From a virus (Duplodnaviria > Caudoviricetes), in IMG/VR virus record IMGVR_UViG_3300025771_000029, positions 1 to 61,105 of that record: a DNA stretch of 61,105 nt, one strand, 5' to 3'. Under the pieces are notes generated by a model. The model searched no databases. It saw only the letters and a list, made by a program, of their open reading frames with translations, and had not been told where the DNA came from. The position numbers and the translations under genes were made by a program. Shown here piece by piece: positions 18,890 to 28,414 of the stretch (position 1 is its first letter; each line of letters begins with the position of its first letter).

Positions 18890-21376
18890 TTGCTGAGCAT
18901 GCAAGAGTGCAACATCTTGCTCTTTAAAGTATGTGTTAATCAGGCTTTGTATTTTTAAGTCGTCAGCTTGCCACTGAACTTCAACTCCACGGATCGCACT
19001 TTTTGTAGGATCAGAGCCTGTAGGGCGTTTACGTACAAAAACAATGTTGTTTCTTTGTAGGCGTTTTCTGAACTCGTGTAATGATAATTTTGCGTCAGCG
19101 TATACGTTAAACACATTTCTAAAGTGATCAATGGGTATAAGAGATGGCAGGTTCTGGTGCGCGTTAGATATCCACAGCTTTATGTGACGTTGCGCTGCAT
19201 CAATAGCGCCGCTGTTCATCACATCAGTTACATTGATGTCGAGTACTTCAGAAAAGTATTCTATGTTGCCGTCGCGTATAGCGTCGCAGTACTCTTCGAA
19301 AACGGACAGTGATGCAGTTTTCATCATTGTTTTTGCGTCGTTGTCGATAGGCATGCGGACAAGCGTCTCGTCATATTTGAATGTGGATAGCGCGCCTGCA
19401 AAGTGCAGTAGCTCGCGTGGTATCAGCTTGTCCATTGTTGCAACTAGCTCGGGATGCGCCTCAACTAGCTTTTTCTCTTGACGCGGTGCAATATTGTAGC
19501 GCCTGTCTCCCGGCTCAATACGTATTGCATCGACATGGTTTGTTAAGAAGATGAAACTTGTGTAGTTAGGCACTTCAACTTGATTGCTTCTCATCTTTCG
19601 GATTGTGACGCTGGGCTCAGTAATTTGGTTTTTGAGTTTGTTTGCAACTTTTTGCATAGCAGCGCTGCTTGCCATGTGAAACTCATCAACTACGCACAGC
19701 AAAGCTGTTTGTAAGTACGAGTTGAACTGCTCTTCAAGATTTTCAAGTGTTTTAACAGGCGCTTGGTCTTCGCTGAACAGCGGGCGCAGTACAGAGTACG
19801 CAAAGACACCTTTACCTGTGCCGGGTACGCCGCTGAGTACCCATGCTGTTTTGGCTTTCTTTTTGGTTTGATAAATGTAAGCAAGCCAGTTTACAAATCG
19901 CTCTATCTCTTGGTTACCGTCTCCTAGTATATGTTTAAGCAACGTGTAAATAGTCGGACATCGCTCTTGTATTTTGCATGCATAACCAATGCTCAATGGT
20001 TCTTCTGGTGCAATTGCGTTGAGCATATACATGGTTCGGCGGAACGTGTTGATGCGATACGGCAATGACGTTAGATCAACACTTGGTCCGTCGTGCGTTG
20101 GGTCAAAAGCCATGTTTGCGTCAGGCACGAAGTCTGGAGTAGGGCGTCCATGTGTCCGCATGAAGCCTTCAATAGAACTCATAGAGGTAGGTTTGAGTTC
20201 TGTAAATTCGTTTAGATTTGGATCAAAAATGCCGTTCCAATATACGTCAGTGTTAAAGTCGCGAAAGACTACCGGGTATTCTGGGCGGCCTTCTTTCTTC
20301 ATTTCTTCTTCGAACACATCAAAGATTGACTGATAGAAATCGGAGTCAGCTTTTTCAATCAAAAAGATTGGTTCGCCCTTAAAGTTATACATGTAGACGG
20401 GGTTATTAAGATTGAACCAGTAAGCGTTGCTATCGCCGCCGTTAATGTTGCAGCGTATGTATGGAGCAGTAGAAATATCTGCAATGCTGATAGACATCTT
20501 GTCTGGGTTAAGCAGCACTTCTTCTGATTGGTCACCAACTTGCATGACCTTTATCTTTTCTTCCTTCTTTGACAGTCCAGCTTTTTGACGCAGTTCGTTT
20601 TTAAACTTTTGCGATCTGTCATGCATGGCTTGTGCGCTAAGATGTGCCATCCTGCCCAGATCAAATGCGTCATGACTTTTTTTGACTAGAACAATGCGGT
20701 TGTCAGGAGAAGTAAACGGGTCTACTTCTGGTTTGTCGAAAGTAGGCGGGGCGATAAAAAGAATTTTGCTGTTATCTGCTACTGATGTGTCTAAGCCATA
20801 CTTTAATGACTGGCCGTTTGCAGACAGTCCAATCTGGTCTGCAAATACTTGCTGAGTATAGTTGACCTGCTGTAGCCACAGTTTGAGTGTCTTAGGTGGC
20901 ATTGGCACAGATAGCATCATAAATATGTGCATGCTGACCGTATTGTTTTTCAAGCCAATGCTAGATGAAGCTTGTGCTATGTAACTGATGTGTTGCAGCT
21001 CAGTAGGTAGCAGCGCAATCAGCTGTTCTGCCATTGCTTCTAGTTTATCTGCATCAATGTCTCGAAACGAAAGTGCGTCGAGTGTTGATAACGCAATGCC
21101 ATCGAAGTCGAGCGCTAAAAACTGCGTCAGTCCAGCGCGATCCGTTGCGCCTGCCCGGCTTTCGTCTTGTAGCTGCTTTCGCAAGTTGCCTTTAAGAAGA
21201 CAATTGCCTTGTGCTGCATGATGCACAATTGCCTGATGCATGTCTCCGATGCATGTTGCATTTACTTCATAGCTGTTAAAGTTTTTAACGTGTGGGTATG
21301 GTCGAAACTTGTTTTCTGAAGTGAAGTGTTTACTCAATCGGAGACCATTTGATGCCTCCAAAAACGTAAGCTTCAT
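18884..21376 (-). CDS. Primase-helicase (prim-pol N-domain plus SF3-like/DUF5906 ATPase)
   Basis: LDFD and H motifs N-terminally; GVPGTGKG, VVDE, FLTN and DRRY motifs. Confidence 0.85.
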   Translation of the reverse strand: MKLTFLEASNGLRLSKHFTSENKFRPYPHVKNFNSYEVNATCIGDMHQAIVHHAAQGNCLLKGNLRKQLQDESRAGATDRAGLTQFLALDFDGIALSTLDALSFRDIDADKLEAMAEQLIALLPTELQHISYIAQASSSIGLKNNTVSMHIFMMLSVPMPPKTLKLWLQQVNYTQQVFADQIGLSANGQSLKYGLDTSVADNSKILFIAPPTFDKPEVDPFTSPDNRIVLVKKSHDAFDLGRMAHLSAQAMHDRSQKFKNELRQKAGLSKKEEKIKVMQVGDQSEEVLLNPDKMSISIADISTAPYIRCNINGGDSNAYWFNLNNPVYMYNFKGEPIFLIEKADSDFYQSIFDVFEEEMKKEGRPEYPVVFRDFNTDVYWNGIFDPNLNEFTELKPTSMSSIEGFMRTHGRPTPDFVPDANMAFDPTHDGPSVDLTSLPYRINTFRRTMYMLNAIAPEEPLSIGYACKIQERCPTIYTLLKHILGDGNQEIERFVNWLAYIYQTKKKAKTAWVLSGVPGTGKGVFAYSVLRPLFSEDQAPVKTLENLEEQFNSYLQTALLCVVDEFHMASSAAMQKVANKLKNQITEPSVTIRKMRSNQVEVPNYTSFIFLTNHVDAIRIEPGDRRYNIAPRQEKKLVEAHPELVATMDKLIPRELLHFAGALSTFKYDETLVRMPIDNDAKTMMKTASLSVFEEYCDAIRDGNIEYFSEVLDINVTDVMNSGAIDAAQRHIKLWISNAHQNLPSLIPIDHFRNVFNVYADAKLSLHEFRKRLQRNNIVFVRKRPTGSDPTKSAIRGVEVQWQADDLKIQSLINTYFKEQDVALLHAQQN

Positions 21377-21393
21377 GCAGGTAGTCTCCTAAA

Positions 21394-21410
21394 TATTACC
21401 TGGGCTAATA
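21394..21410 (-). promoter_or_regulatory. Operator copy before the primase RBS
   Basis: TATTACC-TGG-GCTAATA. Confidence 0.75.
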
Positions 21411-21413
21411 CGA

Positions 21414-21590
21414 TTAGCCACTTTTTTTCTGTTTGGGTTGGCGCATGATCCGTACAGTAGGGTCAGCTTCAAATGTTAAACGCACTTGGTTACGGTCAAT
21501 TTTCCCAACTGAAATGACAGCGATCTCTTCATCATTCTTTTGCAGAGTGATTTTATCGTTAGTTTTCTGTGTCAATACCAGTCGCGACAT
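21414..21590 (-). CDS. csrA: CsrA/RsmA-like RNA-binding protein (58 aa, not in the ORF track)
   Basis: MSRLVLTQKTNDKITL...VGKIDRNQVRLTFEADPTVRIMR aligns by eye with CsrA MLILTRRVGETL...GNQVRIGVNAPKEVSVHR. Confidence 0.7.
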   Translation of the reverse strand: MSRLVLTQKTNDKITLQKNDEEIAVISVGKIDRNQVRLTFEADPTVRIMRQPKQKKSG

Positions 21591-21593
21591 ATA

Positions 21594-23420
21594 CTACTTG
21601 CTGTAGTTTTTAGCGTAACCACCTTCTGCATCTAAAGGCAGGTCAGAAGCCCAAGATGGAGGGGTGCAAAGAGTGTTGATTACCTGTGACATTGTACCAT
21701 CAGGAGCCTTGTCCGAAGCAACCAAAACTATCTCATCGTGAACAGTTAGTGCAATTGCGGCGTCTGGTAGCTGTTGTTCAAGGCGTAACATGGCGTCTGT
21801 AATGACAATTCTTGATAGCGCCTGCACGACGTTCTCCGCAAGTCGCCCGCCATATGTTTTTTCTTTGCCGTTACGTCCTGTATAAACCAACTGTCCGTCT
21901 TGTAGCGTTAAATCTTGATATTTAAGCCACATTTTGTTAGGCAGCTGGATGTTACCGTTTTCAAATGACAGCACACGAAATGGCAGCGGTGGTTGGTTGC
22001 GTTGCAACGACATCATTAAGAAGTTCTCAAGGCGTCGCCATAGCAATGGAATTTTAGGGTATGACTGCCTGTATTTTGTGACAACAGATGCAGACTCAGC
22101 GTCTGTAAATTCTAGTGACGGACCAGCTGCTCCAGCTGCTAGTGTGTTTTGGAATTTTTTAGCGCCCATACCGTAACCAAGACCGAGAATTGCAGTTTTT
22201 CCAACGAATCTCTCAGTTGGATGGTCTGTTTTGTTAATGGGTTTGTTGTAAACAGTCGATGCAAAGTTTGAGTAGATGTCGTCTCCGTGTGCAAACTGCA
22301 TTAGTAGGTCGTCTTGGCCTGCAAGCCATGCAAGCATGCGTGCTTCGATGTTGCTAAGGTCTGCAACATATACCAGCTGCCCCGGCGGAGCGACGAGACA
22401 CTTCCGCAGCTCACTGCCACGCGGCAGGTTTTGCAGGTTAAGTTTTTCTGTGCCGCCAAAGCGGCCCGTGTGCGCTGCGTAATACCTAAGCGGAGCAGGT
22501 AATGTGTGGTCAACTGGGTCTGCTGCTGCAAGAAAACGCGAAGCGCGTGTCTCATTAATTCGTGACTTTACGGCAGTGCGCCCGTCCCAAATGTGTTGTA
22601 GGTCAGGATACATTTCACACATTTGTTTCCAGCCTGCGTCGTTTTTGCCAAGTGCAGGTATAGATAGTCCTGTTGTAGGGCTGATTTTTGTTGGCACGCT
22701 AATGTTATGGTCCGCCAACAATGCTGCAGTAAACTTTTGATTTGAGGCCAATACATCGCGCGTGTAACCTGATGCATGAATTGCTGTTTCACTCGCCATG
22801 ATTTCTGCTTCATGGTACGCGGTTAACCGTTCTCTATCGATACGCAAAGTCGGTTCGCAAAACATGCGGGTCGTGAGGTCGATCAAATTAAGCTCGGATT
22901 GCGGGAACGTTTCGTGTAGCTGCTTGTATATTGCATAAGTCAACGTCACATCTTGTATGCAGTATCCGGCGATCTGCTCTTCAATGTCAGGGGGTAAGTC
23001 AACGATGCCTTTTGCGTTGATGAGCTCGTCACCTTTACGCATTGTTTTGTCGTGGGGAAAGCAGCGCTCAGCAGTTGCACGCAGCGATGCAGACATGCCG
23101 GGCCAGTAGCCGCGCGACATAGCTGCAGTATCTAAGTAGTACGCAGGGCGATAGCCGTAATAGTGTGTCAACACAAAGCCGTCGAACGGCGTGTTGTGAC
23201 ACAGCAACTTCACGTCTTCCCAGTCAAACTCGGCGAGTGCATCGGCGACTTCATCTTCGCCAACCCAATACGGCTCGTCGTCGTTTACTTGGAGACCGAC
23301 ACCCCACACTTTGAACTTTGGAGCACGGACGTACTCCATTGTAGTGATTTTTGTTAGAGAAAGTTTGGTGTCGTAGTAGGTTTCAAAGTCAAGAGTCAGG
23401 AGCATCTTGCTCACTTGCAT
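21594..23420 (-). CDS. polA: Family A DNA polymerase with 3'-5' exonuclease
   Basis: DFET, HN..FD and YC..D exonuclease motifs; TGRF, NLQNLP, DLSNIEAR, KTAILGLGYG and VHDE; RBS GAGG before ATG 23420. Confidence 0.95.
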   Translation of the reverse strand: MQVSKMLLTLDFETYYDTKLSLTKITTMEYVRAPKFKVWGVGLQVNDDEPYWVGEDEVADALAEFDWEDVKLLCHNTPFDGFVLTHYYGYRPAYYLDTAAMSRGYWPGMSASLRATAERCFPHDKTMRKGDELINAKGIVDLPPDIEEQIAGYCIQDVTLTYAIYKQLHETFPQSELNLIDLTTRMFCEPTLRIDRERLTAYHEAEIMASETAIHASGYTRDVLASNQKFTAALLADHNISVPTKISPTTGLSIPALGKNDAGWKQMCEMYPDLQHIWDGRTAVKSRINETRASRFLAAADPVDHTLPAPLRYYAAHTGRFGGTEKLNLQNLPRGSELRKCLVAPPGQLVYVADLSNIEARMLAWLAGQDDLLMQFAHGDDIYSNFASTVYNKPINKTDHPTERFVGKTAILGLGYGMGAKKFQNTLAAGAAGPSLEFTDAESASVVTKYRQSYPKIPLLWRRLENFLMMSLQRNQPPLPFRVLSFENGNIQLPNKMWLKYQDLTLQDGQLVYTGRNGKEKTYGGRLAENVVQALSRIVITDAMLRLEQQLPDAAIALTVHDEIVLVASDKAPDGTMSQVINTLCTPPSWASDLPLDAEGGYAKNYSK

Positions 23421-23598
23421 TACCTCGCATCTTGTTAGGCATAAACACAACGGCGTCTTCGTTCCATGCACTATCAGCCGTGGAAAGTTGAGTGATAGTG
23501 CCGCCGCGCTCTAAAAATGCTCTTGTGTCTTCTGCAATTTTTTTACTTGCTGCTTGTTTCTCCGGTGTCGGAGAAAGGGTTGGGCTTGCTCCAGGCAT
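23389..23598 (-). CDS. SutA-like RNA polymerase-binding small protein
   Basis: IAEDTRAFLERGGTITQL resembles the SutA core (EEFLARGGKV); 69 aa from ATG 23598. Confidence 0.55.
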   Translation of the reverse strand: MPGASPTLSPTPEKQAASKKIAEDTRAFLERGGTITQLSTADSAWNEDAVVFMPNKMRGNASEQDAPDS

Positions 23599-23899
23599 CG
23601 TTGTATACAACAAGCCCTCTAATGAATGGGTGCTCATCAGAAAAATGTATCCATGCAATGTTGTTGCGTGCACAGCTTTGTAAAATCGAGGCGTAAGCAA
23701 AAGAGCAGCCGTCTCTGACAAGCTGCTGCAAATACTCCATATCTTCTTGCGGCACTCGTTTCCAAGCTGATCCCCCGTGGTATTGACTGTCTATGCCTAG
23801 ACAGATCCATTGCCAATCAGTTGGTGTTATATGGCGGCGATTTATTTGAATTGTTGTTAACAATGATTCTTTGAAATCTCTTGGCGGCGTCGTGCTCAT
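23543..23899 (-). CDS. Hypothetical protein
   Basis: 118 aa, RBS AGGAG, downstream of the operator/promoter. Confidence 0.6.
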   Translation of the reverse strand: MSTTPPRDFKESLLTTIQINRRHITPTDWQWICLGIDSQYHGGSAWKRVPQEDMEYLQQLVRDGCSFAYASILQSCARNNIAWIHFSDEHPFIRGLVVYNDAWSKPNPFSDTGETSSK

Positions 23900-23923
23900 A
23901 TATCAATCTCCTATTGAAATTGA

Positions 23924-23940
23924 TATTAGCTCCGCTAATG
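23924..23940 (-). promoter_or_regulatory. Operator/promoter (TTGCAC-17-TAATAT)
   Basis: TATTAGC-TCC-GCTAATG. Confidence 0.8.
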
Positions 23941-23942
23941 CT

Positions 23943-25058
23943 TTAGTGCAACAAATAAGTTGTAATGCCCCATGGAGCTTCTTCGCTTGCATCGGTTGAA
24001 ACCCAAATAACAGGGTAGGGGGGCTCGTCAGGAAACTCATCGGACGGACGTAAATCTGTAAAGAACACCATACCTTCTGGCTCTATGTAGTTGTTAGTTA
24101 CCCAGTCAAATACGGGTTGGAACAAAGTGCCGCCGCCACCGGCTACGTTTAGGATACTTTGTGTGAGTTCTTCATCTGCTGTGACATCGACAATGCGCGC
24201 TTCGTCAACTTGAGTGTCGCATTGTATAAATACCATACGCTCGGGGCGCATATCGTTGTGAATAGCTACAATTTCTGACAAGAACTTGTGAATCTGATTG
24301 TAAGTAGAACCAGATGTGTCCATGGCAACAACGTATGTGCCCGGTCCCTCGTCGTGCATTGATGGAAAGTACTCGTCTTCGCTGATGTAGGCACGGTGGG
24401 GGCGTCGCCATGTGAAGTCGTTTTTGGTTGTTGCTGCAAAGAAAGGCCAGAGGTGATCGCGGAAGTCGATAGTAGCTTTGCCTAGCTTGTCGACAAGGCG
24501 TTCGATTGATCCCGGTAACTTACCGGCTTGTCGTGCAATCTCAGCTGCTTGTTGTACTGCAAGATTCCAGTCAACTTCAAGTTGGCCTGCATCAACGTCA
24601 ATGGCACTGTTGTCTGCATCTGTTACATGGCCCCATTTGCATGGATCACCTGCATCTTCGGGTAGCAATTCGTAAATTGCTTCAGCTGACATGTCGCGAT
24701 ACTGCGGATCATGTAATCCACCGTCAGGTAATACAAAGCCGCAGTCGAGCAGAATGTGGTTGATAGCATGGTCGCACGCAATGTTCCAGCGAGTTGGATC
24801 ACGTCCGTTGCGGCGAGTCATGTGGTTGTTAGCGCAGTGCAGTACTTCGTGTGCAATAAGTCCCAGTAACTGCGATGCATCTTGCTTCTCCACAAATTTA
24901 GCGTTGAAGTCTAAATGTGTGCCATCAGTAGACGCAGTCTTGCAGTCGTCGCGTTCGCGAACTTTTAGTTTGAGACTTAGCACGCCAAAGAACGGCTCGT
25001 TGAGAATAAGCTGCGACCGTGAGCTGGTCACAGCTTTGTAGGTTGGTGAATGTTCCAT
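23943..25058 (-). CDS. Metallopeptidase-vWA protein (DUF2201-like)
   Basis: TASTDG, HEVLH, WNIACD, MIDAS DTSGS, GGGGT.F and FTD motifs. Confidence 0.9.
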   Translation of the reverse strand: MEHSPTYKAVTSSRSQLILNEPFFGVLSLKLKVRERDDCKTASTDGTHLDFNAKFVEKQDASQLLGLIAHEVLHCANNHMTRRNGRDPTRWNIACDHAINHILLDCGFVLPDGGLHDPQYRDMSAEAIYELLPEDAGDPCKWGHVTDADNSAIDVDAGQLEVDWNLAVQQAAEIARQAGKLPGSIERLVDKLGKATIDFRDHLWPFFAATTKNDFTWRRPHRAYISEDEYFPSMHDEGPGTYVVAMDTSGSTYNQIHKFLSEIVAIHNDMRPERMVFIQCDTQVDEARIVDVTADEELTQSILNVAGGGGTLFQPVFDWVTNNYIEPEGMVFFTDLRPSDEFPDEPPYPVIWVSTDASEEAPWGITTYLLH

Positions 25059-25059
25059 G

Positions 25060-25722
25060 TTATGCCACCAGTTTGGAGGTAAGTACTACTTGGTTTAAGG
25101 AATCAATGTCGACGCCGGATGTGTCAATACGTCGTCTAGCTGCTTGTTTGCGAGTGATTTTCTCGTGCATCTGACGAATGTCATGAGGATCAACAAACTC
25201 TTTAGCAGCAGGCCACGATTCCAGCAGCTGCTTGAGTGTGTTGCATTCCAATAGAAGCTTTTTGGTTTGATTGTAAAACTCGTTGTAGCGGTCTGTTAGC
25301 TGATCAAACTGCGTTGCGTTGTCTCTAACTGCTTCTTCGATTTTGGCGTTGTCTTCATCTGAGTTACCGCCAAGTTTGCCATTGTGCAGACTGTGTACAT
25401 AAGCATTCCGCCCGCCAAACAACTTTCTTTCTGTGGGCCAATGGAAGTCTATTCCACGTTCTTTGTTGTCAAGTTTAAATTTGTAATTGACTCTGTCAGT
25501 TTCAACGTGAGTAATGTTGATCTGACGATCATTTAATGCAGAACGGTTGTCTTCGACAAATTGACGACAAGCAACTTGAATTGGATCTCCGTATGCACCT
25601 TGCCAGATTAGATTTTTGATTTCTGCTGACAGCGTTGGCTGCGGATTGGCTAGTTCAAATGCTCGAATAGCTTTGCGATGAATGTGGTTTTTACGATCTT
25701 TGGTAAGTCTTACTGAACCCAT
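25060..25722 (-). CDS. Nmad5-like protein
   Basis: RLTK N-terminus and C-terminal TLKQLLESWP motif. Confidence 0.55.
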   Translation of the reverse strand: MGSVRLTKDRKNHIHRKAIRAFELANPQPTLSAEIKNLIWQGAYGDPIQVACRQFVEDNRSALNDRQINITHVETDRVNYKFKLDNKERGIDFHWPTERKLFGGRNAYVHSLHNGKLGGNSDEDNAKIEEAVRDNATQFDQLTDRYNEFYNQTKKLLLECNTLKQLLESWPAAKEFVDPHDIRQMHEKITRKQAARRRIDTSGVDIDSLNQVVLTSKLVA

Positions 25723-25732
25723 AGTGGTCTCC

Positions 25733-26734
25733 TTAGAATACGATGGATGCGTTGTCGGTAGTCCAGCTTTGAACAGCTGGTTCAGTGATTAGTGAACGGT
25801 CTTTGCCGATGATGTCTTTGACTGCGACAACCTGATACTCAGGCGGCAAACGACGCAGGTACGTAACGATTGGCTTGATGTCCTGCTGGTTTGCACGAGC
25901 AGACAGCGCGCCAGCTACGGCGTACAAGGTAGATGCAGACGTTGGAACACGCACACTGCCGGGGCTGCGAATAATCTGATCAATGTCAGGCAGCTCGTGG
26001 AAGATCTTCCGATGTGCAATGAACTCACCAGCTGCGCCGTCGCCGATGCTGGCTGCAATGCCGTGAAACTCGTCAGCAAGATGTGGCAGCTTACGGTTGA
26101 GTCGCATCCAGCTACGTGGCGTTGGAAACGCTTTTTCTTGCGTATCTGCGTCATGCAGCAAGTTGGGTCGGTAACGCAAGAACGAAGGAATCGATGGGTC
26201 GCAGCCGGTTTTGTATGCATACGCGCAGAAGTCGTCAACGTTTGGCTCGACAGTGTAGTGCTCGAAGCGATCTGCAACCGCTTGACCCATGTCGTTAGCA
26301 CCAGCGCGGTCGTATGTGCGGTTACCAGCAGCAATAATGATAGTGTTAGTCGGTAGCTCGTATGTACCGATGCGCTTCATCAACAGCAACTGAAGCAATG
26401 CGTTTTGCGTTGCTTTGGGTGCGTGTGTCAGATCATCTATGAAGAGAACAACAGTACCTGGGTAGTTACTATCGGGGTAATCTTCAGGCACGCCGTATCG
26501 GGTGCGGTATGAACCATCTACTTGTTCGACAACTTTGAGACCGCCGCGTACATCGACCGGGTCAAACAAATTGGCGCGGATTTCGTACAGCTTAGCGTTC
26601 TGTGACTTGGCGTATTGATACACCATTTCGGATTTGCCGATGCCCGGCGCACCCCAGATCATCATGGAAAGATCAGCCGTGGCACATGCTGCAATTTCTG
26701 CAGGCAGTTGGCTGGGTTTAATTGTCATGCTCAT
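25733..26734 (-). CDS. MoxR-like AAA+ ATPase
   Basis: WGAPGIGKS, LFIDD, AAGNR and TPRSW motifs. Confidence 0.9.
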   Translation of the reverse strand: MSMTIKPSQLPAEIAACATADLSMMIWGAPGIGKSEMVYQYAKSQNAKLYEIRANLFDPVDVRGGLKVVEQVDGSYRTRYGVPEDYPDSNYPGTVVLFIDDLTHAPKATQNALLQLLLMKRIGTYELPTNTIIIAAGNRTYDRAGANDMGQAVADRFEHYTVEPNVDDFCAYAYKTGCDPSIPSFLRYRPNLLHDADTQEKAFPTPRSWMRLNRKLPHLADEFHGIAASIGDGAAGEFIAHRKIFHELPDIDQIIRSPGSVRVPTSASTLYAVAGALSARANQQDIKPIVTYLRRLPPEYQVVAVKDIIGKDRSLITEPAVQSWTTDNASIVF

Positions 26735-26911
26735 ACATATCTCCTCTTGAGAATTGCTCGGTTGTTAAGACTGTTAATATCTGCGTGAGCTCAGCAGGGT
26801 CTACTTGGATTGTCGTTGGGGGTTTGAAATCTGTAGCGGTGTGCTGCAAATGGTGATGCAGGTGCGTAAGACACCATTGAATTGCTTCTCTGCGGGTTTT
26901 GATCATGTTTC

Positions 26912-27076
26912 CTATCCCATGTTGTCTGGTGCATGTTTCATGAACTGGTGGTCTGTGTAGTTTTCAAAGCAGTAACGACACCAGTATGTTTCGTCGCCCC
27001 AGTCTTCGATCTTGTCGTTAACATAGAGCATGTCTTCAGGGTGGTGTGTTTCACCGCAGGATTCGCAAGGACTCAT
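26912..27076 (-). CDS. Small zinc-ribbon protein (54 aa, not in the ORF track)
   Basis: CESC...CRYC; translationally coupled to the upstream ORF. Confidence 0.5.
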   Translation of the reverse strand: MSPCESCGETHHPEDMLYVNDKIEDWGDETYWCRYCFENYTDHQFMKHAPDNMG

Positions 27077-27264
27077 ACTTCCTCCACAGCTTCGTCAGTC
27101 CAATAATTTGAGTCGTGCAAAACGTCAGGCCTGTACATGGCAAGCTTGGCCTTGACACATCTAGTACAAACACGGCACAAATAAATGCCGCGCGCGTCGT
27201 ATTCTTCCCAGCTGTAGTCGACATCTGGGTCTTGCTTGCACATGTGGTATGAAAGGTCGCTCAT
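27073..27264 (-). CDS. Small hypothetical protein
   Basis: YDARGIYLCRVC..C motif; coupled ORF. Confidence 0.6.
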   Translation of the reverse strand: MSDLSYHMCKQDPDVDYSWEEYDARGIYLCRVCTRCVKAKLAMYRPDVLHDSNYWTDEAVEEV

Positions 27265-27431
27265 AATTTGGCAATCTCTTGAATTGCAATGTGATGTTCA
27301 ACAAATTGCCCCATATGCTGATCCTCTATAATCTGTTCTTCAGCTGCGTTTCTAGCTGTAAGCGCGCAGTCGGCTTCAACTTTGATTATCCACACGTTGG
27401 TTTCTGCTATTTTGATTTCGTAGGTATTCAT
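27261..27431 (-). CDS. Small VEAD-motif (DpnD/PcfM-like) protein
   Basis: MNTYEIKIAETNVWIIKVEAD; ATGA overlap with both neighbours. Confidence 0.55.
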   Translation of the reverse strand: MNTYEIKIAETNVWIIKVEADCALTARNAAEEQIIEDQHMGQFVEHHIAIQEIAKL

Positions 27432-27574
27432 ACGGTCCGCTCCTGCAGCGTCTTGATCTCCTGCTCGACGCGTTCCTTCCACTCTTTTTCGGTACGCTTA
27501 CCTTTCCTGGTAAAGCTAGCGTTACGCAGCCGTTCGAGTGCAGCACGTCGGCGGTTTGCTTGGTTCTTTTTCAT
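27428..27574 (-). CDS. Small basic hypothetical protein
   Basis: RBS GAGGAG then MKKNQANRRRAALERL. Confidence 0.55.
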   Translation of the reverse strand: MKKNQANRRRAALERLRNASFTRKGKRTEKEWKERVEQEIKTLQERTV

Positions 27575-27652
27575 AAAACTCCTCGCTCCCACAGTTGTGT
27601 GATGAAAGAAAATAGCCCGACTAATATCAGCGCCCACGCGTATTCTGGGATA

Positions 27653-27955
27653 TCAGTATCCATGGGACTTGCTTTTGTAGTCGTTGGGTTCATTAGGGTC
27701 AGGTTCGGGTGGTCCGGCACGATCGCGTTGCTCGCGGTAAGCGTCGAAGCAGTCTTCCTCTTCATGCTCCGCATACGGCCCCGTCCTGTCGTGCCAGTGT
27801 GAGTAGTCATTACTTGGGTCGTCCGTGATTGAGCACGGCATGCGACCCTCGGCAGTATCAAGTAACATGGCATATGCCTCCGTGTGGTCTTTGATTTGTT
27901 GGAGTAGGAGTTTGGTGATGTCAGTTGTCATCGTTATCTCCGGTGTAAGGATCAC
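27653..27955 (-). CDS. Hypothetical protein
   Basis: ORF in the early operon; start uncertain. Confidence 0.45.
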   Translation of the reverse strand: MILTPEITMTTDITKLLLQQIKDHTEAYAMLLDTAEGRMPCSITDDPSNDYSHWHDRTGPYAEHEEEDCFDAYREQRDRAGPPEPDPNEPNDYKSKSHGY

Positions 27956-28163
27956 AATCAGTCCAAAAGTTGAAATCAGCGTTGCCGTCTTTGCCCCCGA
28001 TATCTCGGAGTTTTTCTACACAGTCCAAAACAATGTTTTCGGTAAGATGGCGTAGCTTTTCCATGGCTTCTTCTTCGGTATCTGCATGAATGTCAAAACA
28101 GATATCCAAGGTAGGCCAGCACATCCATGTCCATTGCGGTTTTGTGGCAATGTCATTCGTCAT
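27921..28163 (-). CDS. Small protein with IHADTEEEA motif
   Basis: Coupled ORF with paralogous motif. Confidence 0.55.
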   Translation of the reverse strand: MTNDIATKPQWTWMCWPTLDICFDIHADTEEEAMEKLRHLTENIVLDCVEKLRDIGGKDGNADFNFWTDCDPYTGDNDDN

Positions 28164-28414
28164 CCTTCCATCTCCATTAGCTTGTTTTCTATTGCTACTT
28201 CTCGCAGGCCAAATAACGCGTCTTCTATGGCTTCGCTTTCGGTTTTATTGTCGTCGCTAAAAGACGTGTATTCGTTACCTTCGTTGTCCCAAGCTCTAAC
28301 GTGCCAAGTGCCGTTAATTAGCTGGGGTTTTGTGTGGTTGTTCATGACGCTGTTTCCTTTGTTACATCTACAACGCGTGTATGGCTGGTCATTTTGTGGT
28401 GTCTGATCAGCCAC
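28160..28414 (-). CDS. Small hypothetical protein
   Basis: Coupled ORF; start probably internal (MNNHTK). Confidence 0.45.
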   Translation of the reverse strand: MADQTPQNDQPYTRCRCNKGNSVMNNHTKPQLINGTWHVRAWDNEGNEYTSFSDDNKTESEAIEDALFGLREVAIENKLMEMEG

